A stretch of 64,000 nucleotides of DNA from Longimicrobiales bacterium (GCA_965238005.1 OZ250165.1:1504001-1568000), one strand, 5' to 3'. Positions 9,707 through 19,718 are shown, numbered from the stretch's first letter. Notes: generated from the sequence alone by a model not told the origin. Made by a program: numbers and translations.

Positions 9707-11428
9707 ATGAAGCGACGAGCGCTCCTGAGCGTGTCCGACAAGTCGGGCATAGAGACTCTGGCCACGTCGCTGGTGGAGGCCGGGTGGGAGATCCTGTCCA
9801 CTGGCGGTACGGCTCGTACTATCCGAGACGCCGGCCTGCCGGTGACCGAAGTGGCCCAGGTTACCGGGCATCCGGAGATGATGGACGGGCGGGTGAAGAC
9901 GCTTCATCCGGCCATTCACGCCGGCCTCTTGGCGCGTCGCGACCGGCCTGACGACATGGCCTCGCTCGAGAAGCACGGGTACGGCCCCATCGACCTGGTT
10001 GCCGTGAATCTCTATCCGTTTCGAGAGACCGTGGCACGGGGGGAGGTTCCGGTGGGCGAAGCCATGGAGAAGGTGGACATCGGCGGGCCCACCATGATCC
10101 GGGCCGCGGCCAAGAGCCACGCCGACGTCCTGGTGGTGGTGGACCCATCGGACTACGACCGTGTGCTTAGCGCGCTGGTGGATGGCGCGACGGTAGACGT
10201 CAGGTTGCGTCGCAAGCTCGCCGCAAAGGTTTTCCGTCACATCAGCGATTACGACGCAGCGGTGGCGGCGTATCTGGAGGCGGGGGCTGGCGGTGCCGAG
10301 GACGAGGGGTCGGAGGCCACGTCCAACGATCCCGAGTCCGGCCAGGGAGCGACTGACTCCGACCCGAGCGCCCCCGACTCCTTGTCCCTCGACCTCGAGC
10401 TGGTCCAGGGACTGCGGTATGGGGAGAACCCCGGTCAGGAAGCCGCCTTCTACCGGTGGTCCGGCAGGCGAGACGGCCTGGCGGGCCTGCAGCAGCTGCA
10501 CGGGAAGGAGCTCTCGTACAACAACCTGCTCGATCTCGACGGGGCTCTCATGTCGCTGGCGCCCTTCGCGTATTCCCCGAGGCCAGCCGTCTGCATCATC
10601 AAGCACACGACGCCCTGTGGCCTGGCCGTGGCGGGGACCTTGGCCGAGGCCTACGAGCGAGCCCTCCGCACGGACGGCGTGAGCGCGTTCGGCTCGGTGA
10701 TCGCGGTGAACCGGTGTATCGATGAGGAGACGGCCGAGGCCATGTCCGGGCTCTTCATCGAGTGCATCGTGGCACCGCGTTTCGAAGATGAGGCCATTGA
10801 GGTTCTCACGCGGAAGAAGAACCTCCGGCTGCTGGTCTCGGGCGGGATCGGCGAGTCGGTGCAGGGCGAGCCGGACGGGGACTGGTGGAAGAGGGCGCCC
10901 GAAGAGGTCCGCAGGGCGGGTCGCTTTCTGGCGGAGCACGGACGACGGCCTGAGGGCCTGGCGTTGCGAAGCGTGTACGGTGGAATGCTGGCCCAGAGCC
11001 CGCCGCTGCCGCCCTTCTATGGTGTGGGCTCGGTGGACTGGTCCGTCACTACCGAGCGCGGCCCCGACGAAGCCGAGTGGGATGATCTGCGCTTCGCTTG
11101 GGCGGCGGTCTTCGGTGTGAAGTCCAACGCGATCCTCTTCGCCAGCGGTGGAGCCACGCTGGGCATCGGCGCCGGTCAGATGAGCCGGGTGGACTCCTCA
11201 CGTATCGCGGTCCAGAAGGCAGCCGATGCGGGTCTCGACCTCCAGGGTGCCGTCCTGGCCTCCGACGCGTTCTTCCCGTTCCGGGACGGCGTCGACGCGG
11301 CCGCCGAGGCGGGCGTGCGCGCCATCGTCCAGCCTGGGGGCTCGGTCCGGGACGAAGTGGTCATCGAAGCTGCCAACGAGCACGGCATGGCCATGGTCTT
11401 CACGGGTCAGCGCCTCTTCCGCCACTGA
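9707..11428 (+). CDS. purH: Bifunctional AICAR transformylase/IMP cyclohydrolase
   Basis: [23 protein letters not shown] and SDAFFPF motifs; RLFRH terminus. Confidence 0.97.
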   Translation: MKRRALLSVSDKSGIETLATSLVEAGWEILSTGGTARTIRDAGLPVTEVAQVTGHPEMMDGRVKTLHPAIHAGLLARRDRPDDMASLEKHGYGPIDLVAVNLYPFRETVARGEVPVGEAMEKVDIGGPTMIRAAAKSHADVLVVVDPSDYDRVLSALVDGATVDVRLRRKLAAKVFRHISDYDAAVAAYLEAGAGGAEDEGSEATSNDPESGQGATDSDPSAPDSLSLDLELVQGLRYGENPGQEAAFYRWSGRRDGLAGLQQLHGKELSYNNLLDLDGALMSLAPFAYSPRPAVCIIKHTTPCGLAVAGTLAEAYERALRTDGVSAFGSVIAVNRCIDEETAEAMSGLFIECIVAPRFEDEAIEVLTRKKNLRLLVSGGIGESVQGEPDGDWWKRAPEEVRRAGRFLAEHGRRPEGLALRSVYGGMLAQSPPLPPFYGVGSVDWSVTTERGPDEAEWDDLRFAWAAVFGVKSNAILFASGGATLGIGAGQMSRVDSSRIAVQKAADAGLDLQGAVLASDAFFPFRDGVDAAAEAGVRAIVQPGGSVRDEVVIEAANEHGMAMVFTGQRLFRH

Positions 11429-11510
11429 TCGCGCGCCGGAAGGGCATAGACGCGCGACCTCTTTACACGAGGCCCGTGAATGCCTGAGCTTTCGCCAGGC
11501 AGAAGCGTCT

Positions 11511-11594
11511 GGAGGGGTGGCAGAGCGGTTCAATGCACCGGTCTTGAAAACCGGCGGGCGCAAGCCCACGCGGGTTCGAATCCCGCCCCCTCCG
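11511..11594 (+). tRNA. tRNA-Ser(TGA)
   Basis: GGAGGGG/CCCCTCC acceptor stem, CCGGT-CTTGAAA-ACCGG anticodon arm, long variable arm, GGTTCGAATCC T-arm. CCA is not encoded. Confidence 0.95.
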
Positions 11595-11597
11595 CTA
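11584..11597 (+). repeat. attL core (tRNA-Ser 3' end), 14-bp direct repeat
   Basis: CGCCCCCTCCGCTA, identical to 21830-21843. Confidence 0.85.
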
Positions 11598-11651
11598 GTG
11601 CAATACGGCAAGAGCCGATGTAGTATAGACTTACACCGTTATCTGTGCATC

Positions 11652-11675
11652 GTGCCCTACGGTGTGTCCCACACT
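11652..11675 (+). promoter_or_regulatory. Putative integrase arm-type binding site pair (left)
   Basis: GTGCCCTACGGTGTGTCCCACACT matches 21678-21701 at 21/24; each copy is two imperfect 12-mers. Confidence 0.6.
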
Positions 11676-11802
11676 ACGAGCGGGACGCAAACACTTCCGG
11701 CAGGTGTTCTACTCGGCCGCGCGGGACGGCCAGCCCAAGCCAGGCCCTCAATAGCCTTCCAGCGCTCGCGCAACTGGAGAACTGACCGCCCGCGTTCGCC
11801 CG

Positions 11803-12120
11803 TCATGCCTCTGGCAGTTTCGGCGGCTTGTCTTCCTCATCGAACAAGCTAGGCGGCTTGGTAGTGGCCCCCAGGCGTTCGGCCACGATCCGGGTGTAGC
11901 AGTCCACAAGGTCGTGAGCCGCCATCGCCACGGGCACGCCGGGAGCGGACCCGGACCCCTCGATACGAGCCATCAATTCAACGGCGCACTCAAGGCCGAA
12001 CTCCAACACGTCGCCAGCCCTCGCGCCGTCGATGGTGGCCGCTATGTCGTCCGCGATCTTCAAGGCACGCACGGGCAGGCGGACAGTACGGGTCGTTCTA
12101 GGCTTGCGTCGCTTGAACAT
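11803..12120 (-). CDS. Hypothetical protein, possible ribbon-helix-helix DNA binder
   Basis: AAGGAG RBS; basic N-terminus TRTVRLP followed by two predicted helices. Confidence 0.5.
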   Translation of the reverse strand: MFKRRKPRTTRTVRLPVRALKIADDIAATIDGARAGDVLEFGLECAVELMARIEGSGSAPGVPVAMAAHDLVDCYTRIVAERLGATTKPPSLFDEEDKPPKLPEA

Positions 12121-12272
12121 CGAATCTCCTTTTCCATGGAATACGGCCAGACCCTAAAGGTGTCACACATACTCCATCCGGTGTCAAGATTGCAAGTGAC
12201 AACCGTATACTGCGTATGCGGGGGATGGTGGCTCAGGGCACCCTAGCACCCACGGACAGGGGCCGAAGGCTG

Positions 12273-13304
12273 CTAGGTGCCGCTCTGTGCGGCCAGGGAA
12301 TCGAGCCCGGTGAGCCTCGCTGCATCGGCCGCGCTCATTCCGGCCGTTACCAATTTCGCGGCCGCACTCGAACGGCCGACGATATCATGAGCCCACAGAG
12401 CCCCGAAGTTGAACGAGACTTCCGTGTCCAGCGCCATGGAGGCGTCTTCGGCGATCATGTCAGCGACGGGCTGGACGGTCGCCATGATCCACCGGCGGTA
12501 GTCTTCTCGAAGCTGCGTCCCGTCCGCGTCCGCGCCCGCCAGGCTGGCCGGAATCCCGCACGCAGCGAACACGGCCCCGGACACGTCCGAGTAGAGCGAG
12601 CGCAGCCCCTCGGGGATCGTCGGCCCCAGGCGCTCGGCCTTCCAATCGTTCCGGGTCCCGCTTTGCGTGCCTTCGCCCCATCCGGCGCTAGTGGACTCTA
12701 GGAGAACCGCCTTTCCTTTCGCTTCGCCTATATCGGTTCGGAGCGCTTCAAGCCCCGCGCCATCGGTCGGGATCGGGACCAGGGCGGCCGTGGGAGTCGC
12801 CAGGTCCTCGGTGATCTTCCCCTCGGCTCCCACGGACAGCTTGCCGAGTAGAGAAGCCACCCCGAGCGGAGACACACCTAGCCAGGGTTGGAGGGGATCG
12901 ACGGACCATCGAAGGTGCAGGACCTCATGACGCGAGACGTTGCGCCGCACGATCACGCCTTCCGGTTCCGGCAAGTGAAGCTCGTAGCGCCAGCCCTTCC
13001 GCACGTCGAAGGCAGCGACGGGCTCAAGATGCAGGCGAGGCTCAACCGCGATCAGGTGAACGCTTTCACCGTGCCGGATCAGGTCCCGGCCGATGGTGTG
13101 GCGCACCCGAGCCGTGAGCACTTCCGGCGCGCCCTCGATGTTCGCAGCGGCCAGGGTGCGGCCCCACAGACCCGCCGCGATCTCAAGCGCTCCGGTGCGT
13201 AGCACGTTCCCGGCATCGGCCGCGGCCGTCGCTTCCAGCCCGGCCACGATCAGGCTTGTGTATCCCGCCGTCCGTTCCTCACGCCGCTTGAAAGGCCACT
13301 TCAT
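12273..13304 (-). CDS. Phage portal protein (HK97-like, short)
   Basis: MKWPF start, L..HGES, EVLHLR....G.SPL and ACGIP..L....Y....VQP motifs. Confidence 0.8.
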   Translation of the reverse strand: MKWPFKRREERTAGYTSLIVAGLEATAAADAGNVLRTGALEIAAGLWGRTLAAANIEGAPEVLTARVRHTIGRDLIRHGESVHLIAVEPRLHLEPVAAFDVRKGWRYELHLPEPEGVIVRRNVSRHEVLHLRWSVDPLQPWLGVSPLGVASLLGKLSVGAEGKITEDLATPTAALVPIPTDGAGLEALRTDIGEAKGKAVLLESTSAGWGEGTQSGTRNDWKAERLGPTIPEGLRSLYSDVSGAVFAACGIPASLAGADADGTQLREDYRRWIMATVQPVADMIAEDASMALDTEVSFNFGALWAHDIVGRSSAAAKLVTAGMSAADAARLTGLDSLAAQSGT

Positions 13305-13711
13305 CAGATCCGCCCGTCATTGATTAGGTATACCGTGAATTGGAATCGAAGCGCAGCGTTCAAGCTCGATCCAACGGCCTTCTGAGTGGGCAGGTCCCAG
13401 GCACCGGCCAACTGGTAGAAGTAGACACTGACGCCCGAGATCAAAGCATCCTTCAATGTCTGAATCATGAGCTTGGCGATGGCCGGGACCAGCTTACCGG
13501 ACACTCCCACGGCGTCCAGGTGGCCGAAGTAATTGAGAAGGTCCACGGCCAACACGACCCCACCGTGTCGCTGCATTATGCGAATGCGTAGGGATCGCTT
13601 GAGCGCCCCTGACTTCACCGGAATCAGGCGTTGAACATTGGTGCGGAACCCTGAATTGATCTCCGTCTTGAGTACGCCCAGGATGGACCCGGTGAGCGAC
13701 GGCGTAGGCAT
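13304..13711 (-). CDS. HK97 gp10-like neck/tail-completion protein (weak call)
   Basis: IPVKSGALKRSL resembles the gp10 P.xTGxLxxSI motif; translationally coupled to both neighbours. Confidence 0.45.
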   Translation of the reverse strand: MPTPSLTGSILGVLKTEINSGFRTNVQRLIPVKSGALKRSLRIRIMQRHGGVVLAVDLLNYFGHLDAVGVSGKLVPAIAKLMIQTLKDALISGVSVYFYQLAGAWDLPTQKAVGSSLNAALRFQFTVYLINDGRI

Positions 13712-14052
13712 CAGACTTGCCTACTCGTGCATGTGATCGTCGTCTCTCTCTGGCGTTCGTCGGCCGTCGAGATAGACGTAATCAGAAGGTCCCGGCCCCT
13801 CACCCGGCAACGTGCCAGGGTGAAGTCTCCCAGGCTGGCCCTTTGGGTGACGTTGTACAAAAGGGTTCTCATGGATCGGGGCATGGCTAGGTAGCGCATG
13901 GTGACGGAGAAGGCGTCAGCCCGGCTCAATCCGCTTCCCAGGTCGAAGCTTGCGGTCCCCTCATCTTGCACGTCGGCCAGGACGGGCACGGTCACAAAGT
14001 CATCGGCGGTCGATTCCCGGTACGACAGCGTGACCTCTTCATCGTACCTCAT
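13711..14052 (-). CDS. Head-tail adaptor/head-closure-like protein
   Basis: MRYDEEVTL start overlaps the upstream TAA; beta-rich 113 aa with TMRY and ITSI..D...ETTITC; follows the connector. Confidence 0.55.
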   Translation of the reverse strand: MRYDEEVTLSYRESTADDFVTVPVLADVQDEGTASFDLGSGLSRADAFSVTMRYLAMPRSMRTLLYNVTQRASLGDFTLARCRVRGRDLLITSISTADERQRETTITCTSRQV

Positions 14053-14414
14053 TAGGGGCCACCCGCCGCGCCGTCGCCGCCGTCGCCGGTGTCCGCCGGA
14101 ACGGCCCCGATCAAGCCACCACGCCGCACCTTGTACGGATTGAGCAGAGAAGCCGCGCCGCTCGAACGCATGGCAGCCGGGCCACCCGGTGCGGCCCCGC
14201 TCGGGTCTGAATCGTAGAGCCACGCCGCCAGGCGCACGAACGCCTCATCGTGGAGCGCGTTCGGAGCGTTCGGAGCGTAGGCCTCCACCATGGCGGTGGC
14301 CGTGGCCGCGATCCTGCCCAGGATAAGGGCAACCGCGCCGGTGGGTGCGGCTTCGCCGTCCGTTATCCGGAGATCGCCTGCAAGCTGCGTGAGGGTCCGG
14401 GTAATCACAGCCAC
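14052..14414 (-). CDS. Head-tail connector (HK97 gp6/SPP1 gp15-like)
   Basis: Helical 120 aa with L...LRI, ATAMVEAY, A...LAAWLYD and SLLNPYK motifs. Confidence 0.7.
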   Translation of the reverse strand: MAVITRTLTQLAGDLRITDGEAAPTGAVALILGRIAATATAMVEAYAPNAPNALHDEAFVRLAAWLYDSDPSGAAPGGPAAMRSSGAASLLNPYKVRRGGLIGAVPADTGDGGDGAAGGP

Positions 14415-14854
14415 ACTCGCCTACGGGCCGTGCTCCGCACTTCGGCGGCCGTCGTGTCGTACTCCGGAGCGCTCACCAACGCAGCCGCCGGGACCATGGC
14501 CCGTAGGACCTCACGGACACCGGCCTTTGTGGTGCGTTCTTCCAGAGCGTGAAACTCAACGCTCATAAACCGCTTACCGGATTCGACGGCCGCTCGGATG
14601 GCCTCGGTCGCTCTGGCTGTCAGAGTGATCCGGCCGTCACGGTGCCTCACGGGCTGTGCTCGAACCTCGACGGCCCCCCGGTGCTCCGCTAGCACGGCCA
14701 CGCCGTCATGCGGCCAGGACACGCTACCAGGTGCGAACACCTCCGCACGGCCACCACTGGCGGCTCTGCCCTCTTGCAACATGACGCCCCTGAGCGTCGG
14801 TTCGTAACCGGCGCGCTCGGCCTCACGTACCTCGACCTCAAAGCTGTATTTCAT
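14405..14854 (-). CDS. HK97-type prohead protease
   Basis: EVFAPGS, LAEH (His), MSVEF (Ser) and ALVSAPEY motifs. Confidence 0.8.
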   Translation of the reverse strand: MKYSFEVEVREAERAGYEPTLRGVMLQEGRAASGGRAEVFAPGSVSWPHDGVAVLAEHRGAVEVRAQPVRHRDGRITLTARATEAIRAAVESGKRFMSVEFHALEERTTKAGVREVLRAMVPAAALVSAPEYDTTAAEVRSTARRRVWL

Positions 14855-15273
14855 CGGTACCACCTCCGCACCGCTTTATCGCACTCGGGAGAGATCAGGC
14901 CGTCAGAATCGGCTAGGCGAGCTCGCACCGTTTCCTCGCCAGGGTCAACGGTTCGGACGAAAAGCCCGCGCTCGCCTGCTACCTCGCGCCAACGCGGCTC
15001 TTGCCCGGCCCGCGACGTGGTGACCGCAACATCGGCCCCGGAGTCCAGCACGTTCCGGGCGATCACCGCTTGAGCGTAGAGCGCGGCCAGGAGCGCCGGA
15101 TCGTCTTCGCTCCGCACCGGATAGCGACCGTCAGGGCCACGGGTGGCACCCGAGAGCGCCGCCCATAGAGCGGTGACGTCCGCTACCACGGAAACCTCAC
15201 CGGCCTCCAACATCTCGGCCACGACCTGAGACTTACCGGACCCGGCCGGGCCTTGGACTAGATGCAGCGGCAC
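14851..15273 (-). CDS. Small P-loop NTPase/kinase-fold protein
   Basis: Walker A GPAGSGKS at the N-terminus; VDPG..V..R..WY C-terminus. Confidence 0.7.
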   Translation of the reverse strand: MPLHLVQGPAGSGKSQVVAEMLEAGEVSVVADVTALWAALSGATRGPDGRYPVRSEDDPALLAALYAQAVIARNVLDSGADVAVTTSRAGQEPRWREVAGERGLFVRTVDPGEETVRARLADSDGLISPECDKAVRRWYR

Positions 15274-15276
15274 GGC

Positions 15277-16512
15277 TTAGGAGATCTTCGGGTGGACCTC
15301 TTTGACTTGCGCGGTCCCGTGAGGAATGAACGGCTCGGCAACCAAGGTGACGGCCGTCACAACCCTCTGGCCCTTACCGGCCTGAGTGTACGGGTCCACG
15401 ATCAGCTCCACCCCGGACCAGATCGGCACGACCACGGACTGCCCCTGAGCGCCCAACAGCGCTACGCCCTTCTGACCGGACGCGGCCTTGTCCGGGACGC
15501 GAGTGGACACCCTCAGCACCGCGAGCTTGCCCATCAGGTAGTCATAGAGGCTCACCGCCGCGTTGTTCTGGTAGAGCGAAGCGTACAGCGCGAAGGTGTC
15601 GGTCCCGATCAGCGCCCGGATATCGCCGAATCCGTTGGCGTGCTTCCCCTCGACCAGGGCAGCGAACCGGGCCACTCCGGTTTGGAAGGTTTCCTTCGCG
15701 GCCGCTATCGCTACGTCCGTGGCTTGGTGGAACAGCCCGGAAAGGTTCGGGTCCGCGCCGTCTCCGTCGATCACTTGATCGTCCAGATTCGATGCCATGG
15801 CCCCGCCGATGGCTGCCCTCAAGTCTGCTTCCATCGAAGGCATGAGCGCGAGATCCTCCAGGCGCACGACGAACGAGCCGGTGATCCGGCCCGGCGTGCG
15901 CTTCGTCAGACTGAAAGCCGCAGCCGTGGAATCCGCCGCCGCGTCCTCAGCCTTCGCACCGGCAGGTGGCGCGGTCGTGAGCGCCGGAAAGTGAGCTTCG
16001 CCAGGCTGGACCATCGGCATGGTGATTCCGAGCGCGGCCGCGTCCGTCCGAGCGAATGCGAAAGGCACCGTCGGCCGGGTGGCGCTCACAGTCTCATCGG
16101 CAGGGTTCGGAGTGACGGCCCGCGCCTCGGGAGCGTCCTGAGCTTCCAGAAGCTCTAGCGGCATCCGGCCCGGCGTGCCCACGGCCTCCGCATACTCGGC
16201 GGAAGCGCCCCGGACACCCTGAGCGGTGAGCGCGGCCGACACGAAGTCACCCACCCGTGCCTTGCCTCGAAGCGCCAGGCGCTCGCGAGTCTCCGCGTCT
16301 ACCGGATCGGCGTTCGGGTCGGGATCGGGCTCGGCGCTTTCGGCGACGATGGCCGCCCGGTGGCGCGTCTCTAGGTCCGCGTACTCGGTCTGGAGGGTTC
16401 CCGACTCTGTGCGGACCTCATCGGTGAAGGCGTCGCCCTCAAGCCCGGAAATCTCATTCAGGCGGGAGCGTACTTCGGAGAGACGGAGTGCGATTTTCTG
16501 GCGAGAAGTCAT
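15277..16512 (-). CDS. HK97-fold major capsid protein with N-terminal scaffold (delta) domain
   Basis: N-terminal coiled coil, AKAE.AA, LDDQVIDGDG...LSGL and IVDPYTQA.KG motifs. Confidence 0.85.
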   Translation of the reverse strand: MTSRQKIALRLSEVRSRLNEISGLEGDAFTDEVRTESGTLQTEYADLETRHRAAIVAESAEPDPDPNADPVDAETRERLALRGKARVGDFVSAALTAQGVRGASAEYAEAVGTPGRMPLELLEAQDAPEARAVTPNPADETVSATRPTVPFAFARTDAAALGITMPMVQPGEAHFPALTTAPPAGAKAEDAAADSTAAAFSLTKRTPGRITGSFVVRLEDLALMPSMEADLRAAIGGAMASNLDDQVIDGDGADPNLSGLFHQATDVAIAAAKETFQTGVARFAALVEGKHANGFGDIRALIGTDTFALYASLYQNNAAVSLYDYLMGKLAVLRVSTRVPDKAASGQKGVALLGAQGQSVVVPIWSGVELIVDPYTQAGKGQRVVTAVTLVAEPFIPHGTAQVKEVHPKIS

Positions 16513-16539
16513 TAGGACCAAGCCCCTTGTGTGCGTTCA

Positions 16540-16848
16540 CTACGCGGGATCGCTCCCGCACGGTACTTGAGGCTTTTTTGGTCCAACTGAAAGCTGGCAG
16601 TCCGTGGTGAATCCCGCAAGGTGGCGCTCCCAGGCGTCTTCCGTCTCCGTGGTGGGCCGTCGATGGTGCTCTATGTGACACCCTCGACACCACGCTACCA
16701 GATTGGACGGCTCATTATGATCCGGGCGATGGTCGATATGGTGGACCTCAAGCTGCCCGGCCTTGCCACATTTCCGACACCGCCACCCGTCACGGTTGAG
16801 AATCTTCCGGCGTAGGAGCTTCCATTGGGCGGTCGATGTGCGGCTCAA
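16540..16848 (-). CDS. HNH endonuclease (packaging-associated)
   Basis: RDGWRCRKCG..LEVHHID..N..NL...CRGCH; the TTG start overlaps the terL stop. Confidence 0.9.
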   Translation of the reverse strand: MSRTSTAQWKLLRRKILNRDGWRCRKCGKAGQLEVHHIDHRPDHNEPSNLVAWCRGCHIEHHRRPTTETEDAWERHLAGFTTDCQLSVGPKKPQVPCGSDPA

Positions 16849-18314
16849 ACCAACACCGCTTTGACGCCCGCTGCCGGTGGCTCTTGAAGCACCTTCCGCC
16901 ACCCGAGCGCGACGGCCAGGATCGCGGCCGCTGCCGCATCGTCCCGAGCGCGAGCCCGTCGCCCCTGACCGGCCTTCGCCAATTTTTCATTCCCGGCTGG
17001 ATCGGCAATCGTGCGAGCGGAGGCAACGGCGGCAGACAGCAAGAGCGAGCGGGCAGGGGTTACCAGCATCCGGTGAAAGGCAGCCCTGAATCCTCGAACG
17101 TCTTCACCGCCGTCCCGGTAGCCCATTCCCCTCGACACCAACGCCACGAGAGGGAAACGGAGCGCCGCCAGCGCTTGCCTCAATTCGGCCTCACGCCAGC
17201 GGTCTGTGACTATAGCCGCGGGCGCGCCCCACCGCTCCCACACTTCGCCCAGGAGCGTCCGAACGTCGCTCACCTTGCCAGGGGATAGGACAAGCTCACC
17301 ACGCGCCTCCATCTTCTGATAGAGCGCTCCCACGCCGTCACGGAGCCCTCTTTCTTTCGGTCCCGGGTCGTCACCGAAACATGCGACGGCATCGAGCCTT
17401 CCCGTCTCGCACCAAAAGCCAGAAGCGGCCGACATAGCCTCGGTTGAACCCAGGTCGATCCCGAGCACGTAGTCACCCACGGCCGCCGCGTCACCCTCGG
17501 CAGCCTTCCAGGCGCCCGGCTGTAGCAAGTGAGCCTCAACCGTGTCGGACGTGCCCAGGTTGAGCCTGAGCGCCCCGAACGAAGCCAGGGCCACCGGGTC
17601 CCGGCGCGCGATCTCGGCTTCCTCGCGCAACCGATCCTCAAGCCAGGGGAAGGCATCTAAGGAAGGGTTGGCCCGTCGCCATGTACGCCGCTGAAAAGGC
17701 GGGTCATCCGGCCTTGCCGCGAAGGTTGTGGAACCCGGCTCAGCGAGCATCCTAGAGAACCAATGGTCCTCAGAGTCGGGCCGTGTCCCGAGAGCGATCA
17801 GTCGAGAGCCCGGATGCTTGCCCAACCCGGTCCTCAGCGCAGCCAACGCCGCCTCACTGGTAGTGGGTGGCCACTGTGCGGGTTCGTCCGCCAGCACGAG
17901 AAGCGGCCTCAAACCGTGCATCCGGCGCGGGTCGGACCCGATGGCTTTCAAGCGGGCTCTTGTGGGCAAGTGCTCTATCTCGGCAATCGCGGTCGTGTCC
18001 CGCACCCGCCAGGTGTCCCGATCCTCCAGGCGCTCGCTCAGGTAGTGCTTCACGTCCCGAAACATGATGAGGCTCTGAGCGAACGAAGACGCGACCAAGA
18101 TCACCTCCGCACCCGGAGCGCGGAGCGGGCCGTCAATCACCGCCGCCGCTATCGCTCCGCACAGCGCGCTCTTGCCGTTGCCCCTCGCAACCGATAGGGC
18201 AAGATCGCCCTTGGTGCGGGCCAGGTCCGAAAGGAAACGGCGCTCCCAGGGGACGAGATCCAGGTGACGGCCGACATAGCCAACTAGGGATTCACTCACG
18301 AAGCGTGACCACAA
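16845..18314 (-). CDS. terL: Terminase large subunit
   Basis: Walker A VARGNGKS, Walker B LVLADE, W.RANPSL and nuclease GIDLG motifs; start may be 18299. Confidence 0.9.
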   Translation of the reverse strand: MWSRFVSESLVGYVGRHLDLVPWERRFLSDLARTKGDLALSVARGNGKSALCGAIAAAVIDGPLRAPGAEVILVASSFAQSLIMFRDVKHYLSERLEDRDTWRVRDTTAIAEIEHLPTRARLKAIGSDPRRMHGLRPLLVLADEPAQWPPTTSEAALAALRTGLGKHPGSRLIALGTRPDSEDHWFSRMLAEPGSTTFAARPDDPPFQRRTWRRANPSLDAFPWLEDRLREEAEIARRDPVALASFGALRLNLGTSDTVEAHLLQPGAWKAAEGDAAAVGDYVLGIDLGSTEAMSAASGFWCETGRLDAVACFGDDPGPKERGLRDGVGALYQKMEARGELVLSPGKVSDVRTLLGEVWERWGAPAAIVTDRWREAELRQALAALRFPLVALVSRGMGYRDGGEDVRGFRAAFHRMLVTPARSLLLSAAVASARTIADPAGNEKLAKAGQGRRARARDDAAAAAILAVALGWRKVLQEPPAAGVKAVLV

Positions 18315-18409
18315 AGCCGTACTTCGGGCTCTCTCTCAGGTTGGCCGGTGCCATAACGTGCCGGTCCGCCGAGTCGGACGTGTCTATCCTCGAGCCGAGT
18401 CATCGTCAT

Positions 18410-18625
18410 CTATGCGCGATCGGGATCTACTGGCCCCATCACCTTGTGCTCCACTCCATCTATCTTGACCGTCGCGCATTCGACCTCGGGCTCTGGCTCT
18501 GGCTGTCCATCTTCGGGCTCGCCTTCACCCGTCTCGATGCGCTCGCGTGCGCCCTCTACGAGCTTGGCTAACTGCCCCTGGATATCTTCCAGGTTCGCCA
18601 AGGTCACCTTCACCTCGATCTCCAT
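18410..18625 (-). CDS. Hypothetical acidic protein
   Basis: 71-aa ORF abutting the upstream stop within the satellite operon. Confidence 0.55.
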   Translation of the reverse strand: MEIEVKVTLANLEDIQGQLAKLVEGARERIETGEGEPEDGQPEPEPEVECATVKIDGVEHKVMGPVDPDRA

Positions 18626-18856
18626 TCAGTCCGCCCCCTTGCCCGCTAGGATCGCTCCAATGAACAGCGCTGCTACAGCGCCCATGGCCCCGGCGTCGCC
18701 GTGCGGCAGGGTAACGCACAACTGGCCGTCATCGGTTGGCGAGATCGTCACCCTTAGCTCGTCTTCCGGTTCGTCACCTTCGGTGCGGGAGTAGAGCCGC
18801 TGCGTCTCGCCCTCGGTTTCCGTGCTCCACCCCGGTAGTGGGAAGTCCTGCCTCAT
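18626..18856 (-). CDS. Hypothetical protein
   Basis: 76-aa ORF with ATGA overlap with the upstream ORF. Confidence 0.55.
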   Translation of the reverse strand: MRQDFPLPGWSTETEGETQRLYSRTEGDEPEDELRVTISPTDDGQLCVTLPHGDAGAMGAVAALFIGAILAGKGAD

Positions 18857-19023
18857 GCGCTCGCCTCGATGGCGACCCGGTACGCTTCGACGAACTCCGG
18901 CACATCTTGCTTCACCAAAATGGCGAAGTCTTCCGGCTCGATCTCACCCGCTTCCATGAGCTTGAGAATCGAGGCGGCTTTCTCTCGGGTGTTGGTCCCT
19001 CGGATCGTGGTTTCTGCTTTCAT
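18853..19023 (-). CDS. Hypothetical 56-aa protein (not in ORF track)
   Basis: MKAETTIRG...AIEASA*, with ATGA overlaps at both ends. Confidence 0.55.
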   Translation of the reverse strand: MKAETTIRGTNTREKAASILKLMEAGEIEPEDFAILVKQDVPEFVEAYRVAIEASA

Positions 19024-19679
19024 GTGTTCGGGCTCCGCGTGGGGTACCAGGAAGGTAGGACTGTCCCCGTAGGGGGTGGGGTCCCACCTACGGCGGTCCC
19101 ACCTTCTTGGGACCCACTAGCGGGGAGACTCCACAGATACATTCTCGGGTTGACTTTCGTCACTTCGATACGACCCTCGACTCTCAACTGTGACAGCGCC
19201 TTGGTCACGGTATCCTTGCGTCCACCAACCACCCTGCGCACCGCCGCCGTTGCCAGGGGACCGGCACCCGTCAACGCTTTGATGATGCGTTTCTGCATGG
19301 TGTCGGGTTCGGGCTTGGTTTCCTTCGATGCGGGCAGTTCCCGTGCAGCCCGTAGCCGGAAGTCTTCCGCAAACCGCGCTTGTTCACGGTTCCGATGCTC
19401 CAGGGTGGCCCGGTTCATCGCCTCGGCCGTGTAGGTTTGCCTGCCCCACGTTGCGGGCTCTGTGGCGAGTACGGGTGTGGGTATGATGGGGCAGCCCGGC
19501 GGGAGCCCGTCACCGATGGATGGGATGGGTTCCTCGACAGCCTCAGCCGCCGCCTCGGCCTTTGCGGCCATGCGGTCGCAGATGGCTTGGTATTCCTCAT
19601 TCGTGTGCTCTGTGTTGAGTCCCAACATCTTCCGCACCCGGACCACTTCGGGCGATGGCGCGTAAGGGTCAGGGGCCAC
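19020..19679 (-). CDS. Hypothetical protein with C-terminal winged HTH
   Basis: IIKAL..AGPL.T..VRRVVGG.K..V.KAL..L..EGRI....W.L pattern. Confidence 0.6.
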   Translation of the reverse strand: MAPDPYAPSPEVVRVRKMLGLNTEHTNEEYQAICDRMAAKAEAAAEAVEEPIPSIGDGLPPGCPIIPTPVLATEPATWGRQTYTAEAMNRATLEHRNREQARFAEDFRLRAARELPASKETKPEPDTMQKRIIKALTGAGPLATAAVRRVVGGRKDTVTKALSQLRVEGRIEVTKVNPRMYLWSLPASGSQEGGTAVGGTPPPTGTVLPSWYPTRSPNT

Positions 19680-19718
19680 GCGGGCTACTATCGCTTGCCG
19701 TTCGGTGGGGGCTTCGCT

